A model generated the notes under the pieces. That model was not told the origin of the DNA and did no database searches. It saw only the letters and a list, made by a program, of their open reading frames with translations. The translations under genes and the position numbers were made by a program. A stretch of DNA of 64,000 nucleotides, taken from NCBI GenBank assembly GCA_963785415.1, contig CAWAVB010000001.1:1821125-1885124 (forward strand). The letters are read 5' to 3'. Below are positions 37,632-47,127 of this stretch, in pieces (the stretch's first letter is position 1; each line of letters opens with the position of its first letter). This DNA comes from an uncultured Acidimicrobiaceae bacterium. Its GTDB lineage: Bacteria > Actinomycetota > Acidimicrobiia > Acidimicrobiales > Bog-793.

Positions 37632-38420
37632 GTGGCCGTCGTCACGATGAAGCAACTGCTCGAGGCGGGGGTCCACTTCGGACACCAGACCCGCCGCTGG
37701 AACCCGAAGATGAAGCGCTTCCTCTATGGCGAGCGCAGCGGCATCTACATCATCGACCTCCACCAGACCCTCGCCCGGATCGAGATCGCCTACGCGTTCG
37801 TGCGCGATCTCGTGGGGACGGGCGGGACTCTCCTGTTCGTCGGCACGAAGAAGCAGGCCCAGGACCCGGTGGCCGAGTACGCGACGGCCTGCGGCATGCC
37901 GTACGTGAACGAGCGCTGGCTCGGCGGGATGCTGACGAACTTCGAGACTGTCTCGGGGCGTGTCCGCAAGCTCGGCGAGCTCGAGGCGGCGCGTGACTCG
38001 GGCGAGTTCGACGCGCTGCCGAAGAAGGAGGCGCTCATGCTGCGGCGCGAACTCGTGAAGCTCGAGCGCAACCTGGGCGGTATCCGGCGCCTGACGAAGC
38101 TGCCGAACGCCCTGTTCGTCATCGACACGAAAAAGGAGCACATCGCCGTGACCGAAGCGAACAAGCTCGGTATCCCGGTGATCGCCATCGTCGATTCGAA
38201 CTGCGACCCGGACATCATCAACTACGTCATCCCAGGGAACGACGACGCCATCCGCTCCGGCCGCCTGCTGTGCCGCGTGATGTCCGACGCGGTGACCGAG
38301 GGCCGGTTCATCTACTCACGGCGCGCCGCGGCGAACCTCGCGGTCGCCGGCGGTCCGGAGCCGATAGCGCGCCGCACGCGGGACGAGTTCGCGACGGCCG
38401 CGCCGGCGGTGGAGGTCTGA
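37632..38420 (+). CDS. rpsB: 30S ribosomal protein S2
   Basis: [30 protein letters not shown] 37632 is preceded by ggaaggag. Confidence 0.96.
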   Translation: MAVVTMKQLLEAGVHFGHQTRRWNPKMKRFLYGERSGIYIIDLHQTLARIEIAYAFVRDLVGTGGTLLFVGTKKQAQDPVAEYATACGMPYVNERWLGGMLTNFETVSGRVRKLGELEAARDSGEFDALPKKEALMLRRELVKLERNLGGIRRLTKLPNALFVIDTKKEHIAVTEANKLGIPVIAIVDSNCDPDIINYVIPGNDDAIRSGRLLCRVMSDAVTEGRFIYSRRAAANLAVAGGPEPIARRTRDEFATAAPAVEV

Positions 38421-38421
38421 G

Positions 38422-39222
38422 ATGGCCGAGGTCACGGCACAGGACGTGAAGACGCTGCGCGCCGCGACGGGTGCGGGGATCCTCGACGCGCGCCGCGCGC
38501 TCATCGAGACGGACGGCGACTTCGAGAAGGCGAAGCGTTGGCTGCGCGAGCAGGGCCTTGCCGGATCCGCGAAGCGCGCCGGACGCGAGCGTTCCGAGGG
38601 CGCCGTCGCCGTCGTCGTCGACGGGGCCAAGGGTGTCGCCGCCGTCGTCGCGCTGGAGTGCGAAACGGACTTCGTGGCGAAATCGGCGGACTTCGTCCGT
38701 CTCGTCGACACCCTCGCCGAGGCGCTCGCGTCCGGCGGCGAGGAGGCGCTCAACGCCCACGCTGACAGCGTCGACGAGCTGAAGGTCACGCTGAAAGAGA
38801 ACATCGCCGTCGGGGGCCACGCCCGTTTCGAGGCCGAACCGGGGGCGGTGCTCGAGAGCTACCTCCATGTCCAGAACGGGCGCGGCGTGAACGGGGTGCT
38901 CGTCGAGCTCGTCGGGGGGACCGCCTCGCTCGCCCACGACGTCGCGGTCCACATCGCCTTCGGTCGTCCCGAGTACCTCGCCCGGGACGACGTGCCTGCC
39001 GACGTGATCGCCGCCGAACGCGAGACGATCCTCGCCACCACCCGCAACGAAGGCAAACCCGAGGCGCAGCTCGAAAAGATCGTCGAAGGCCGCCTGAACG
39101 GATGGTTCAAGGAGCACGTCCTGCTCGAACAGCCGTATGCGCGCGACGAGAAGGTGTCGATATCCGGGCTCCTCGGTTCGGCCGTCGTCCGCCGGTTCGC
39201 CCAGGTCGTCGTCGGGACGTGA
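38422..39222 (+). CDS. tsf: elongation factor Ts
   Basis: VKTLRAATGAGILDARRALIETDGDFEKAKRWLREQG (UBA-like N-domain). Confidence 0.96.
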   Translation: MAEVTAQDVKTLRAATGAGILDARRALIETDGDFEKAKRWLREQGLAGSAKRAGRERSEGAVAVVVDGAKGVAAVVALECETDFVAKSADFVRLVDTLAEALASGGEEALNAHADSVDELKVTLKENIAVGGHARFEAEPGAVLESYLHVQNGRGVNGVLVELVGGTASLAHDVAVHIAFGRPEYLARDDVPADVIAAERETILATTRNEGKPEAQLEKIVEGRLNGWFKEHVLLEQPYARDEKVSISGLLGSAVVRRFAQVVVGT

Positions 39223-39980
39223 CGTCCCGACACGACGGCCCGGCTGTCGTCGCTGCCGCGGCGCCCCGCTGGCGGCGCGCCGTCCTGAAGATCAGCGGGG
39301 AGGCCTTTGCCAGCTCGGCGTCGGACGAAATGATCGACGCCACGACGGTCAGCCGGATCGCCAAGGAGATCGCCGAGATGACCGACGAGCTCGGCGTGCA
39401 GCTCGCCATCATGATCGGCGGCGGCAACATCTGGAGGGGCCAGTCCGGGGCGGGCGGAGGCATCGACCGCGCCACCTCGGACACGATGGGGATGCTCGGT
39501 ACCGTCATCAACGCGCTTGCCCTCCAGGACGCGATCGAGCGTCAGGGGCGCCCGACGCGCGTGCTCTCGGCGATCCACATGGCCGAGGTATGCGAGCCCT
39601 ACATCCGGCGCCGGGCGATCCGCCACCTCGAGAAGGGTCGGGTCGTCATCTTCGCGGCGGGCATGGGGAATCCGTACTTCACGACGGATACGCCGGCCGC
39701 GCTGCGCGCGGCCGAGATCGAGGCGGAGGTGATCCTCAAAGGGACGCATTCCGGGGTCGACGGCGTGTACAGCGCCGATCCCCGCCTCGAACCCTCGGCC
39801 ACCCGCTACACCGAGGTGGGCTTCATGGAGATCATCTCCCGCGACCTACGGGTGATGGACCTCACGGCAATCACGTTCTGCAAGGACAACGGGCTGCCCG
39901 TCCTCGTGTTCGACCTGATGACGCCCGGGAACATCCGGGGGGCCCTCGCCGGCGAGCAGATCGGTACGCTGATCAGATGA
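39219..39980 (+). CDS. pyrH: UMP kinase
   Basis: VLKISGEA, IGGGNI.RG, FAAGMGNPYFTTDT and GVDGVYSADP. The GTG 39219 start overlaps the tsf stop (GTGA). Confidence 0.94.
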   Translation: MTSRHDGPAVVAAAAPRWRRAVLKISGEAFASSASDEMIDATTVSRIAKEIAEMTDELGVQLAIMIGGGNIWRGQSGAGGGIDRATSDTMGMLGTVINALALQDAIERQGRPTRVLSAIHMAEVCEPYIRRRAIRHLEKGRVVIFAAGMGNPYFTTDTPAALRAAEIEAEVILKGTHSGVDGVYSADPRLEPSATRYTEVGFMEIISRDLRVMDLTAITFCKDNGLPVLVFDLMTPGNIRGALAGEQIGTLIR

Positions 39981-40549
39981 CGGCTGACGCGATCATCGAG
40001 GAGGCGATCGCCGATGCCCGCGAGAAGATGGTCCGTGCGGTCGAGCACGCCAAGGGGGAGTTCGGCGCCATCCGCACGGGCCGCGCCGCGCCGGTCCTCG
40101 TCGAGAAGCTGAAAGTTGACTACTACGGCGCCGAGACCGCCCTGCAGAGCATCGCCGGGATCACCGTGCCCGAGGCGCGCACGCTCGTCATCCACCCCTA
40201 CGACAAGGGCGCGATCAAGGCGATCGAGAAAGCAATCCAGGCCTCGGACCTCGGCTTGAACCCGTCGAACGACGGCGAGGTCATCCGGTTGTCGTTCCCG
40301 CAGCTGAACGAGGAACGCCGGCGCGAGCTCGTGAAGGTGGTCCGTCAGCGCGCCGAGGAGGGCCGGGTCGCCGTCCGCAACGTCCGCCGGCACGCGCGCC
40401 ACGAACTCGAGACCCACGAGCACGAGGGCGCGGTCTCCGTCGACGACGTCGAGCGCGCCGACAAGGAGCTCGACAAGCTGACCCACGAGTTCGTCACCGA
40501 GATCGACCGGCTCCTCACCCACAAGGAGCAGGAGCTGCTGGAGGTCTGA
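39977..40549 (+). CDS. frr: ribosome recycling factor
   Basis: FGAIRTGRA.P.L...KVDYYG, NPSNDG..IRL.FP.L.EERR and NVRR.A. Confidence 0.96.
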   Translation: MTADAIIEEAIADAREKMVRAVEHAKGEFGAIRTGRAAPVLVEKLKVDYYGAETALQSIAGITVPEARTLVIHPYDKGAIKAIEKAIQASDLGLNPSNDGEVIRLSFPQLNEERRRELVKVVRQRAEEGRVAVRNVRRHARHELETHEHEGAVSVDDVERADKELDKLTHEFVTEIDRLLTHKEQELLEV

Positions 40550-40599
40550 CGTCGGGTTTCCGCCCGAGCCATCAGGGTGCGCAGCGGAGGGAACGCAAA

Positions 40600-42117
40600 G
40601 TGGAAGACGACGAAAAGCGGACCCGCGGCGACGATTCGCCCGAGGCCGCCGACCGGGACGACCCGGAGGCCGGCGAGACCCCGGTCCGGCCTCCCGCCGC
40701 ACCGGGCGACGAGGTCCGCGTCGTCGCCGTCGAGGCCGCCGTCGCGGCCGGTCTCGTTCCCGAGCGCCGTCCCCCCTCCCCGGACGAAGCGGGGGCGCGG
40801 CGCGAGTTCGGCCCCTTGGAGGCCGGCGAGGGCGCGTCCTACGAGCTGCCGGACTGGACGGCGCCGCCCACGGGCCAGGTGCCGGGCGTGTTGCGCGGGG
40901 ACTCCGACGCCCCCGGGGCCCTTGAGCGCGGGACCCACGGCCCGACCTGGCGCCAGACCCCGGCCGACTGGGAGGTGGACGAGTCCGGCCTCGAGTACCT
41001 GAGCGATGACCCCGACGCCGCCGATCTGGGGGACGAGTCGTCGGCGATCGCCGGGCGTGGCGAGGATCCGACGGCGAACGCCGACCCGTTCGAGTTCGAC
41101 TTCGACGCGACGACGACGCGGCGCCGGCTGCGCGAGCGCCAGACCGCGGCGTCCGCGGCCGTGACCGCCTCCGGGGACTCCGGGGAGTCCGACGACGTGG
41201 CGTGGGAGCAGGTCGTCGGGGCTTCACGGACCCCGCGGCGGCCCCGGGCGGCCCACCGGGCCGGCTCGCGGGTGGCGCAGCCGCCGCCGGAGAGCCCGCC
41301 GCGACGCAACACCGCCATCGCGACGGCGACGGGCATCGTGCTCGCCGGGGTGGCCGTCCTGTGCTTCGCGAGCGGGCCGTTGCCCGCCCTCGTCCTCGCC
41401 TCGGTCGTTCTCGGCGTCGCCGCCGGCGAGACCTTCGGTGCCGTGCGCCTCTCGGGCTACCAGCCCGCGGCGCTCGTCGGTCTCGTCGCCGTGCCCGCCC
41501 TCGTCGTCGCCAGCTACCTGAAAGGACCCGAGGCCGTTCCGGTCGTCGTCGCGCTCGTCGTCATCCTCGCCGGTGCGTCGCGCATCGTCATGGCCCCCGG
41601 GGAGTCGCCGGTCGACGACCTCGCCGTCACGATGCTGGTCGTCACCTGGGTCGGCGTCCTCGGCTCGTTCGCCGGGCTGCTCCTCAACCCGACGGCGTAC
41701 CCGCTGCGCCACGGGGTCGCCTACCTCGGCGCGGCGGTCGCGCTAACCGTCGCCCACGACGTCGGCTCGTTCGCCGTCGGCTCGAAGCTCGGCCGGCACC
41801 GGCTGGCGCCTCGGGTCAGCCCGGGCAAGACGATCGAGGGCCTGATCGGCGGCACCGTCCTCACGCTCGGGGTCGCGGCCGGGGTCGTCGCCCGGGTCCA
41901 CCCGTTCGGGATCGGCACGGCGCTGGCGCTCGGCGCGGTCGTCGTCGTGTTCGCACCGATCGGCGACCTTTTCGAGTCGGTCGTGAAACGTGACCTCGGC
42001 CTGAAGGACATGGGCCGGCTGCTGCCCGCCCACGGGGGCGTGTTCGACCGCATCGACGCGATGCTCTTCGTGCTGCCGGCGACGTACCTTCTCGTCCGGC
42101 TCGTCCATATCGGATGA
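40600..42117 (+). CDS. cdsA: phosphatidate cytidylyltransferase with a ~237-aa acidic/Pro-rich N-terminal extension
   Basis: The C-terminal ~270 aa is polytopic and carries the CTP-transferase signature SVVKRDLGLKDMGRLLPAHGGVFDRID. The N-terminal part keeps high third-position G+C in this frame, with no competing ORF. Confidence 0.85.
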   Translation: MEDDEKRTRGDDSPEAADRDDPEAGETPVRPPAAPGDEVRVVAVEAAVAAGLVPERRPPSPDEAGARREFGPLEAGEGASYELPDWTAPPTGQVPGVLRGDSDAPGALERGTHGPTWRQTPADWEVDESGLEYLSDDPDAADLGDESSAIAGRGEDPTANADPFEFDFDATTTRRRLRERQTAASAAVTASGDSGESDDVAWEQVVGASRTPRRPRAAHRAGSRVAQPPPESPPRRNTAIATATGIVLAGVAVLCFASGPLPALVLASVVLGVAAGETFGAVRLSGYQPAALVGLVAVPALVVASYLKGPEAVPVVVALVVILAGASRIVMAPGESPVDDLAVTMLVVTWVGVLGSFAGLLLNPTAYPLRHGVAYLGAAVALTVAHDVGSFAVGSKLGRHRLAPRVSPGKTIEGLIGGTVLTLGVAAGVVARVHPFGIGTALALGAVVVVFAPIGDLFESVVKRDLGLKDMGRLLPAHGGVFDRIDAMLFVLPATYLLVRLVHIG

Positions 42118-43328
42118 CGCCAGCCCGCACGGTCGCAATCGTCGGATCGACGGGCTCGATCGGGCTCCAGGCGCTCGACGTCGTGGCGGCGGCCGGCGAC
42201 GCCTACCGCGTCGTCGCGCTCGGGGCGAACCGCTCGGTGGCCGAGCTCGCCCGTCAGGCCGCCGCCCTCCACCCCGAGGTCGTCGCCATCGGGGACGCAT
42301 CGCTCGCGCCCGAGCTCGCCGCGGCGGTCCCACCCGGAGTCGAGGTGCGTGCCGGCACCGAGGGCCTCGCCTCGCTCGGCGAGATCGGCGACGTCGTCTT
42401 GAACGCCGTCGTCGGGTTCGCCGGGCTCGAGGTCACCGTCGCCGCGCTCCGCTCGGGGCGGCGGCTCGCCCTCGCCAACAAGGAGTCGCTCGTCGCCGGG
42501 GCGCCGGTCGTCCAGGTGGCCCGCGCCAGCCCCGGGGCGGAGCTCATCCCGGTCGACTCCGAGCACTGCGCGATCCACCAGTGCCTCGGCGAGCGCCGCC
42601 AGCGGTCGCTCGCGCCCGGGGTCGGGGGTTCGGGCGCGCCGGACGCGCCGGTGGGGGTCGCCCGGCTCCTCCTCACGGCGAGCGGCGGGCCGTTCCGGGG
42701 GCGTCAGGCGGCGGAGCTCGCCGCGGTCACGGTCGCCGACGCGCTCGCCCACCCGACGTGGCAGATGGGCCCGAAGATCACGATCGACTCCTCGACGCTC
42801 ATGAACAAGGGCCTCGAGGTCATCGAGGCGCACGAGCTGTTCGGGGTGGACTACGAGCGCATCGAGGTCGTCGTCCACCCGCAGTCGATCGTGCACTCGA
42901 TGGTCGAGTTCTGCGACGGGGCGACGATCGCCCAGCTCTCCCAGCCCGACATGCGGCTCCCGATCGGCTACGCCCTGGCGTACCCGGAGCGGATGGCCGC
43001 CCCTTACGGCAGGATCGACTGGCGCGATGTCGCCCACCTCGACTTCTCGTCGCCCGACCCCGAGACCTTCCGCTGCCTCGGGCTGGCGATCGAAGCCGGA
43101 CGGGCCGGCGGGAGCGCGCCGGCCTGGCTGAACGCGGCCAACGAGGTCGCTGTCGCCGCTTTCCTCGCCGGGCAGATCCCCTGGCCGGGGATCGCCGGGG
43201 TCGTCGCGACAACCCTCGCCGCCCACGAGCCGACCAAACTCGTCGACGTCGACGACGTGCTGGCCGCCGACGCCGCGGCGCGCGCCATCGCGCGCCGGGC
43301 GCTGGCGAGCGAGAATCGGAGCGCGTGA
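42114..43328 (+). CDS. dxr: 1-deoxy-D-xylulose 5-phosphate reductoisomerase
   Basis: VAIVGSTGSIG, LANKESLV, PVDSEH.AI.QC and HP.W.MG.KITIDS.T are present. Confidence 0.96.
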   Translation: MTPARTVAIVGSTGSIGLQALDVVAAAGDAYRVVALGANRSVAELARQAAALHPEVVAIGDASLAPELAAAVPPGVEVRAGTEGLASLGEIGDVVLNAVVGFAGLEVTVAALRSGRRLALANKESLVAGAPVVQVARASPGAELIPVDSEHCAIHQCLGERRQRSLAPGVGGSGAPDAPVGVARLLLTASGGPFRGRQAAELAAVTVADALAHPTWQMGPKITIDSSTLMNKGLEVIEAHELFGVDYERIEVVVHPQSIVHSMVEFCDGATIAQLSQPDMRLPIGYALAYPERMAAPYGRIDWRDVAHLDFSSPDPETFRCLGLAIEAGRAGGSAPAWLNAANEVAVAAFLAGQIPWPGIAGVVATTLAAHEPTKLVDVDDVLAADAAARAIARRALASENRSA

Positions 43329-44662
43329 GCGCCATCCCGGCACAACCCCCGGCGGACGCCGAACCAACGAACTCGAGCGCCCTGTTGCGGCTCGCGGCCT
43401 TCGCCGCGGCGGTGATCGTCCTCGCCGTGGTCTTGCACGGTCTCGACGTGCTGATCGTCGTCGCCGCGCTCGTCGTCATGGTGATGCTCCACGAGTTCGG
43501 CCACTTCGTCGCCGCGAAGGCGTCGGGCATGAAGGTCACCGAGTACTTCTTCGGCTTCGGGCCGCGCCTGTGGTCGATCCGGCGCGGCGAGACCGAGTAC
43601 GGCGTGAAGGCGATCCCCGCCGGCGGCTACGTGAGGGTCGTCGGCATGACGATGCTCGAGGACGTCGATCCCGCCGACGAGGCGCGCAGCTACCGCCAGG
43701 CGACCTTCCCCCGCCGGCTCGCCGTCGCGGTCGCCGGGTCGGCGATGCACTTCATCATCGCTTTCGGGCTGCTCTGGGGGATGGTCGCGTTCACCGGGCT
43801 CCCGGTCGCCGTCCCGAGCCGGGAGGTGACGGGACTCGTCGCGTTCGTGAACGAGCCGAACCCCGCCCGCGACGCCGGGGTGCGGGTCGGCGACGTCCTC
43901 GAGGCGGTCGACGGGCACCGCTACTCGTCGATCCCTCCGTTCATCTCGTTCATCGAGGACCACGCTGGGACCGAGCTCAGCCTCGTCGTCGAGCGCGACG
44001 GCCGCCTCGTCACGCTCCACGTCCGGCCGGTCGACGGGCGGATAGCCGACGTGAGGTCGACGTCCGGCCGGCTCGTCCCCGAGAAGACGGGCAGACAGCC
44101 GGTCGGCGTGATCGGGATCTACCTTGGCGGTCAGCGGCTCGTGACGGCGAACGCCTTCGACGCCCTCGGCCGGGCGGGCACCGTGCTCGGCCGGGAGTTC
44201 GCCTGGACCGGCGAGGGGATCGGCCAGGTCTTCTCCTTGCACGGGTTGCGTTCCTTCGCGCACGACGTCGCGACGGCGAACCGGACCGCGCCGTCAAAAC
44301 CGGTCTCGGGCACCTCGGGCAGCACCGCGTCGACGGGTTCGGGCGAGATCCTGTCGCTGCCGGGCGCGGTCGAGATCGCGGTGCAGGCGCTGCAGATCAA
44401 CGTGACCGACCTTTTGTCGATCCTCGTCGCCATCAACGTGTTCGTCGGTCTCGTCAACCTGTTCCCGATGCTGCCGCTCGACGGGGGCCACGTCGTGATC
44501 GCCGTCTACGAGCGGATCAGGTCGCGGCGCGGCCGCCCCTACCACGCCGACGTGAACAAGCTGATGCCGGTCGCCTACGCCTTCCTCATTTTCATCGTGG
44601 CGATCGGGATCGGCGCCCTCTACGTCAACCTGCTGCAGCCGCCCCACCTCCCGGGCGGCTGA
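43325..44662 (+). CDS. rseP: M50 site-2 zinc metalloprotease (RseP/Rip1) with PDZ domain
   Basis: HEFGHFVAAK, GGYV...GM, a PDZ segment (GVRVGDVLEAVDG) and NLFPMLPLDGGHV. The GTG 43325 start overlaps the dxr stop. Confidence 0.92.
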   Translation: MSAIPAQPPADAEPTNSSALLRLAAFAAAVIVLAVVLHGLDVLIVVAALVVMVMLHEFGHFVAAKASGMKVTEYFFGFGPRLWSIRRGETEYGVKAIPAGGYVRVVGMTMLEDVDPADEARSYRQATFPRRLAVAVAGSAMHFIIAFGLLWGMVAFTGLPVAVPSREVTGLVAFVNEPNPARDAGVRVGDVLEAVDGHRYSSIPPFISFIEDHAGTELSLVVERDGRLVTLHVRPVDGRIADVRSTSGRLVPEKTGRQPVGVIGIYLGGQRLVTANAFDALGRAGTVLGREFAWTGEGIGQVFSLHGLRSFAHDVATANRTAPSKPVSGTSGSTASTGSGEILSLPGAVEIAVQALQINVTDLLSILVAINVFVGLVNLFPMLPLDGGHVVIAVYERIRSRRGRPYHADVNKLMPVAYAFLIFIVAIGIGALYVNLLQPPHLPGG

Positions 44663-44744
44663 CCAGGCCCGGGTGGGTCGGGCGGTCGAGCGGCCGTAGG
44701 CTAGTGGCGAGGCCGCGGACGCGCCGGCCCGAGGAAGGACTGAC

Positions 44745-46004
44745 GTGGAGATCGCGGAGCTGAACATGGCCCCGAGGAAGCCGACCCGCCGGATCAACGT
44801 CGGCTCGGTGCCGATCGGCGACGGTGCGCCCATCTCGGTGCAGTCGATGACGACGACGAAGACGGGCGACGTCGAGGGGACGCTGCAGCAGATCTACGAC
44901 CTCGCCGGGGCCGGCGCCGACATCGTGCGCTGCACCTGCAACGACGCCGAGGCCGCCGAGGGTCTCGCCCGCATCGTGCCGCGCTCGCCGGTGCCGATCG
45001 TCGCCGACATCCACTTCCACGTCGAGATGGCGCTGGCGGCTCTCGAGGCCGGTGTGCACGGGCTCCGCCTCAACCCGGGCAACCTCCGCAAGCCCGAGGA
45101 GATCCGGCTCGTCGCCGCCGAGGCGCGCGACCGGGGCGTGCCGATCCGCGTCGGCGTGAACGCCGGGTCGCTCCATCCCGACCTTTACAAGAAGTACGGC
45201 GGCGCGACGCCCGAGGCGCTCGTCGAGTCCGCCCAGATCGAGCTCGCCTACTTCGCCGAGGTGGGCTTCGAGGACGTGAAGATCTCGGTGAAGGCCTCGA
45301 ACGTGCCGCTCATGGTGGCCGCGTACCGACTCGCCTCGGAGACCTTCGACCACCCCCTCCACCTCGGCGTGACCGAGGCCGGCCCGCTCCCCGGAGGGCT
45401 CATCAAGACGACGGCGGGCATCGCGACGCTGTTGTGCGAGGGGATCGGCGACACGATCCGCTTCTCGCTCACCGCCGACCCCGTCGAGGAGGCGCGTGCC
45501 GGCCGCAAGCTCCTCGAGGCGCTCGGGTTGCGCGAGCGCCGCGGCCTTGACCTCATCGCCTGCCCGTCGTGCGGGCGCACGGAGATCGACGTCATCGAGG
45601 TCGCGCGGCTCGCCCAGGAAGCGCTCGAGGCGCGCCAGATCCCGCTCCAGGTGGCCGTCATGGGCTGTGTCGTCAACGGCCCGGGCGAGGCGCGCGGCGC
45701 CGACATCGGGATCGCCGCCGGTCGCCACAAGGGCCACCTGTTCATCAAGGGCAAGATCGTCCGCGTCGTGCCCGAGGACGAGATGGTCGACGCCCTCGTC
45801 ACCGAGGCGGAGCGGATCGTCGCCGAGGGGGTCGAGGCCCGTCTCGCCGCCGCCGACGCGGGGGCCGAGGCCGAGGCCGCGGCGGACCGGCAGATCCTCG
45901 TCGCCCAGAAAGGCGCCGACGCGAACGGCTCCGAGGAAGTCGTCGTGAAGATCCGCCAGACCCTTGCGGACCTCGCGGGCGACGACCCGGGCGGCGACGC
46001 CTGA
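44745..46004 (+). CDS. ispG: 4-hydroxy-3-methylbut-2-enyl diphosphate synthase
   Basis: PISVQSMT, VRCTCND, RLNPGN and the CPSCGR...GCVVNGPGE Fe-S ligands are present. There is a ~35-aa Ala/Glu-rich C-terminal tail. Confidence 0.95.
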   Translation: MEIAELNMAPRKPTRRINVGSVPIGDGAPISVQSMTTTKTGDVEGTLQQIYDLAGAGADIVRCTCNDAEAAEGLARIVPRSPVPIVADIHFHVEMALAALEAGVHGLRLNPGNLRKPEEIRLVAAEARDRGVPIRVGVNAGSLHPDLYKKYGGATPEALVESAQIELAYFAEVGFEDVKISVKASNVPLMVAAYRLASETFDHPLHLGVTEAGPLPGGLIKTTAGIATLLCEGIGDTIRFSLTADPVEEARAGRKLLEALGLRERRGLDLIACPSCGRTEIDVIEVARLAQEALEARQIPLQVAVMGCVVNGPGEARGADIGIAAGRHKGHLFIKGKIVRVVPEDEMVDALVTEAERIVAEGVEARLAAADAGAEAEAAADRQILVAQKGADANGSEEVVVKIRQTLADLAGDDPGGDA

Positions 46005-46105
46005 GGCGGACACGCCGCCGCACGGCGCGGCCGGGGACCCGTAAGGTCGCCCCCAGCTTCGGCCGGTAGTATGCCGACCGTTCCGACTAGGGAGTAGGCG
46101 ATCTC

Positions 46106-47125
46106 ATGGCTTCACGGAAACGGCGTTCGCGTCGCGCCGCGCGTCCCCAGCAACCCGGTTCCGGCCCGCGGCGGCTCGGCGCCCAGGCGGCGCCCACGCC
46201 GCGCTCGGCGAGCGCCGACCGCCGCTACCAGCGCTCGCACCGCCAGGGCTCGTCGCGCCTTAGCTGGGTCGCGGTCGGCGTCGTCATCGTCGTCGCCGCC
46301 GTGCTCGTCATCGTGAAGGTCACGAGCTCGAACAGCTCCGGGAGCGGTGGTGTCGCCTCCGGCGACCACCCGGCCAGCGCCCCGGCGCAGGTCGTCGCCG
46401 TGATGACGAAGATCCCGCTGTCGACGTTCAACGCCGTCGGCACCGACGGTCAGGCGGACCCGTTCGTCGAGACGAAGGACCAGCCGACGCTCGCCCAAGA
46501 CGGCCTCGCCCGGGTGGTCTACGTCGGTGCCGAGTTCTGCCCCTACTGCGCCATTCTGCGCTGGTCGCTCGTCGCCGCGCTCAGCCGCTTCGGCACCTTT
46601 ACGGGGCTGAAGGAGACCTCGTCGACGGTCGATGTCGCACCGATCCCGACGTTCTCCTTCCTCGGCTCGACGTATACGAGCAAGTACATCCGCTTCACCC
46701 CCTACGAAACGGGCGACCGCAACGGCGCGGCGCTCCAGACGCTGCCGGCCAGTGTGGAGAAGCTCTATACGACCTACGACGGCACCGCGACGACGTCGAC
46801 CCCGTTCACCAGGGGCTCCGGGTCGGGGATCCCGTTCCTCGACATCGCCAACGAGCACGTCTCGTCGGGTGATGCGGCCTTCCTCGACCCGACGGTCGAC
46901 CCGCTCGCCGGGGGCGGCCCGGGGATGCTGAGCATCGCGCAGGCGATCGCCCATCCGAGCTCGGCGGTCGCCAAGGCGATCGACGCGACGGCGTTCATCA
47001 TCGAGGCGAACTACATGACGGCGGCGATCTGCCGTTCCGACGGCGGCAGGCCGTCGAGCGTCTGCGCGACGCCGGGGGTCCGGGCGGCGGAGAAGGTGAT
47101 CGCCGCGGCGAAGAAGATCTCGTAA
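46106..47125 (+). CDS. membrane-anchored DUF929-like thioredoxin-fold protein with CPYC motif
   Basis: A basic N-terminus and a single TM (WVAVGVVIVVAAVLVIV), then VVYVGAEFCPYCAILRWSLVAALSRFGTF. Confidence 0.8.
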   Translation: MASRKRRSRRAARPQQPGSGPRRLGAQAAPTPRSASADRRYQRSHRQGSSRLSWVAVGVVIVVAAVLVIVKVTSSNSSGSGGVASGDHPASAPAQVVAVMTKIPLSTFNAVGTDGQADPFVETKDQPTLAQDGLARVVYVGAEFCPYCAILRWSLVAALSRFGTFTGLKETSSTVDVAPIPTFSFLGSTYTSKYIRFTPYETGDRNGAALQTLPASVEKLYTTYDGTATTSTPFTRGSGSGIPFLDIANEHVSSGDAAFLDPTVDPLAGGGPGMLSIAQAIAHPSSAVAKAIDATAFIIEANYMTAAICRSDGGRPSSVCATPGVRAAEKVIAAAKKIS

Positions 47126-47127
47126 GG

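Noticed and set aside
37632-44662. A chain of overlapping or abutting stop/start codons (tsf/pyrH GTGA, pyrH/frr ATGA, cdsA/dxr ATGA, dxr/rseP GTGA; also tig/clpP) as something unusual.
   Set aside because: This is ordinary operon compaction and translational coupling in high-G+C Actinomycetota. It is noted only as support for the start-codon choices.
44625-46013. 462-aa ORF antisense to ispG, and Arg-rich plus-strand ORFs 45496..46069.
   Set aside because: IspG is unambiguous in the frame 44745..46004, and the others are composition artefacts.
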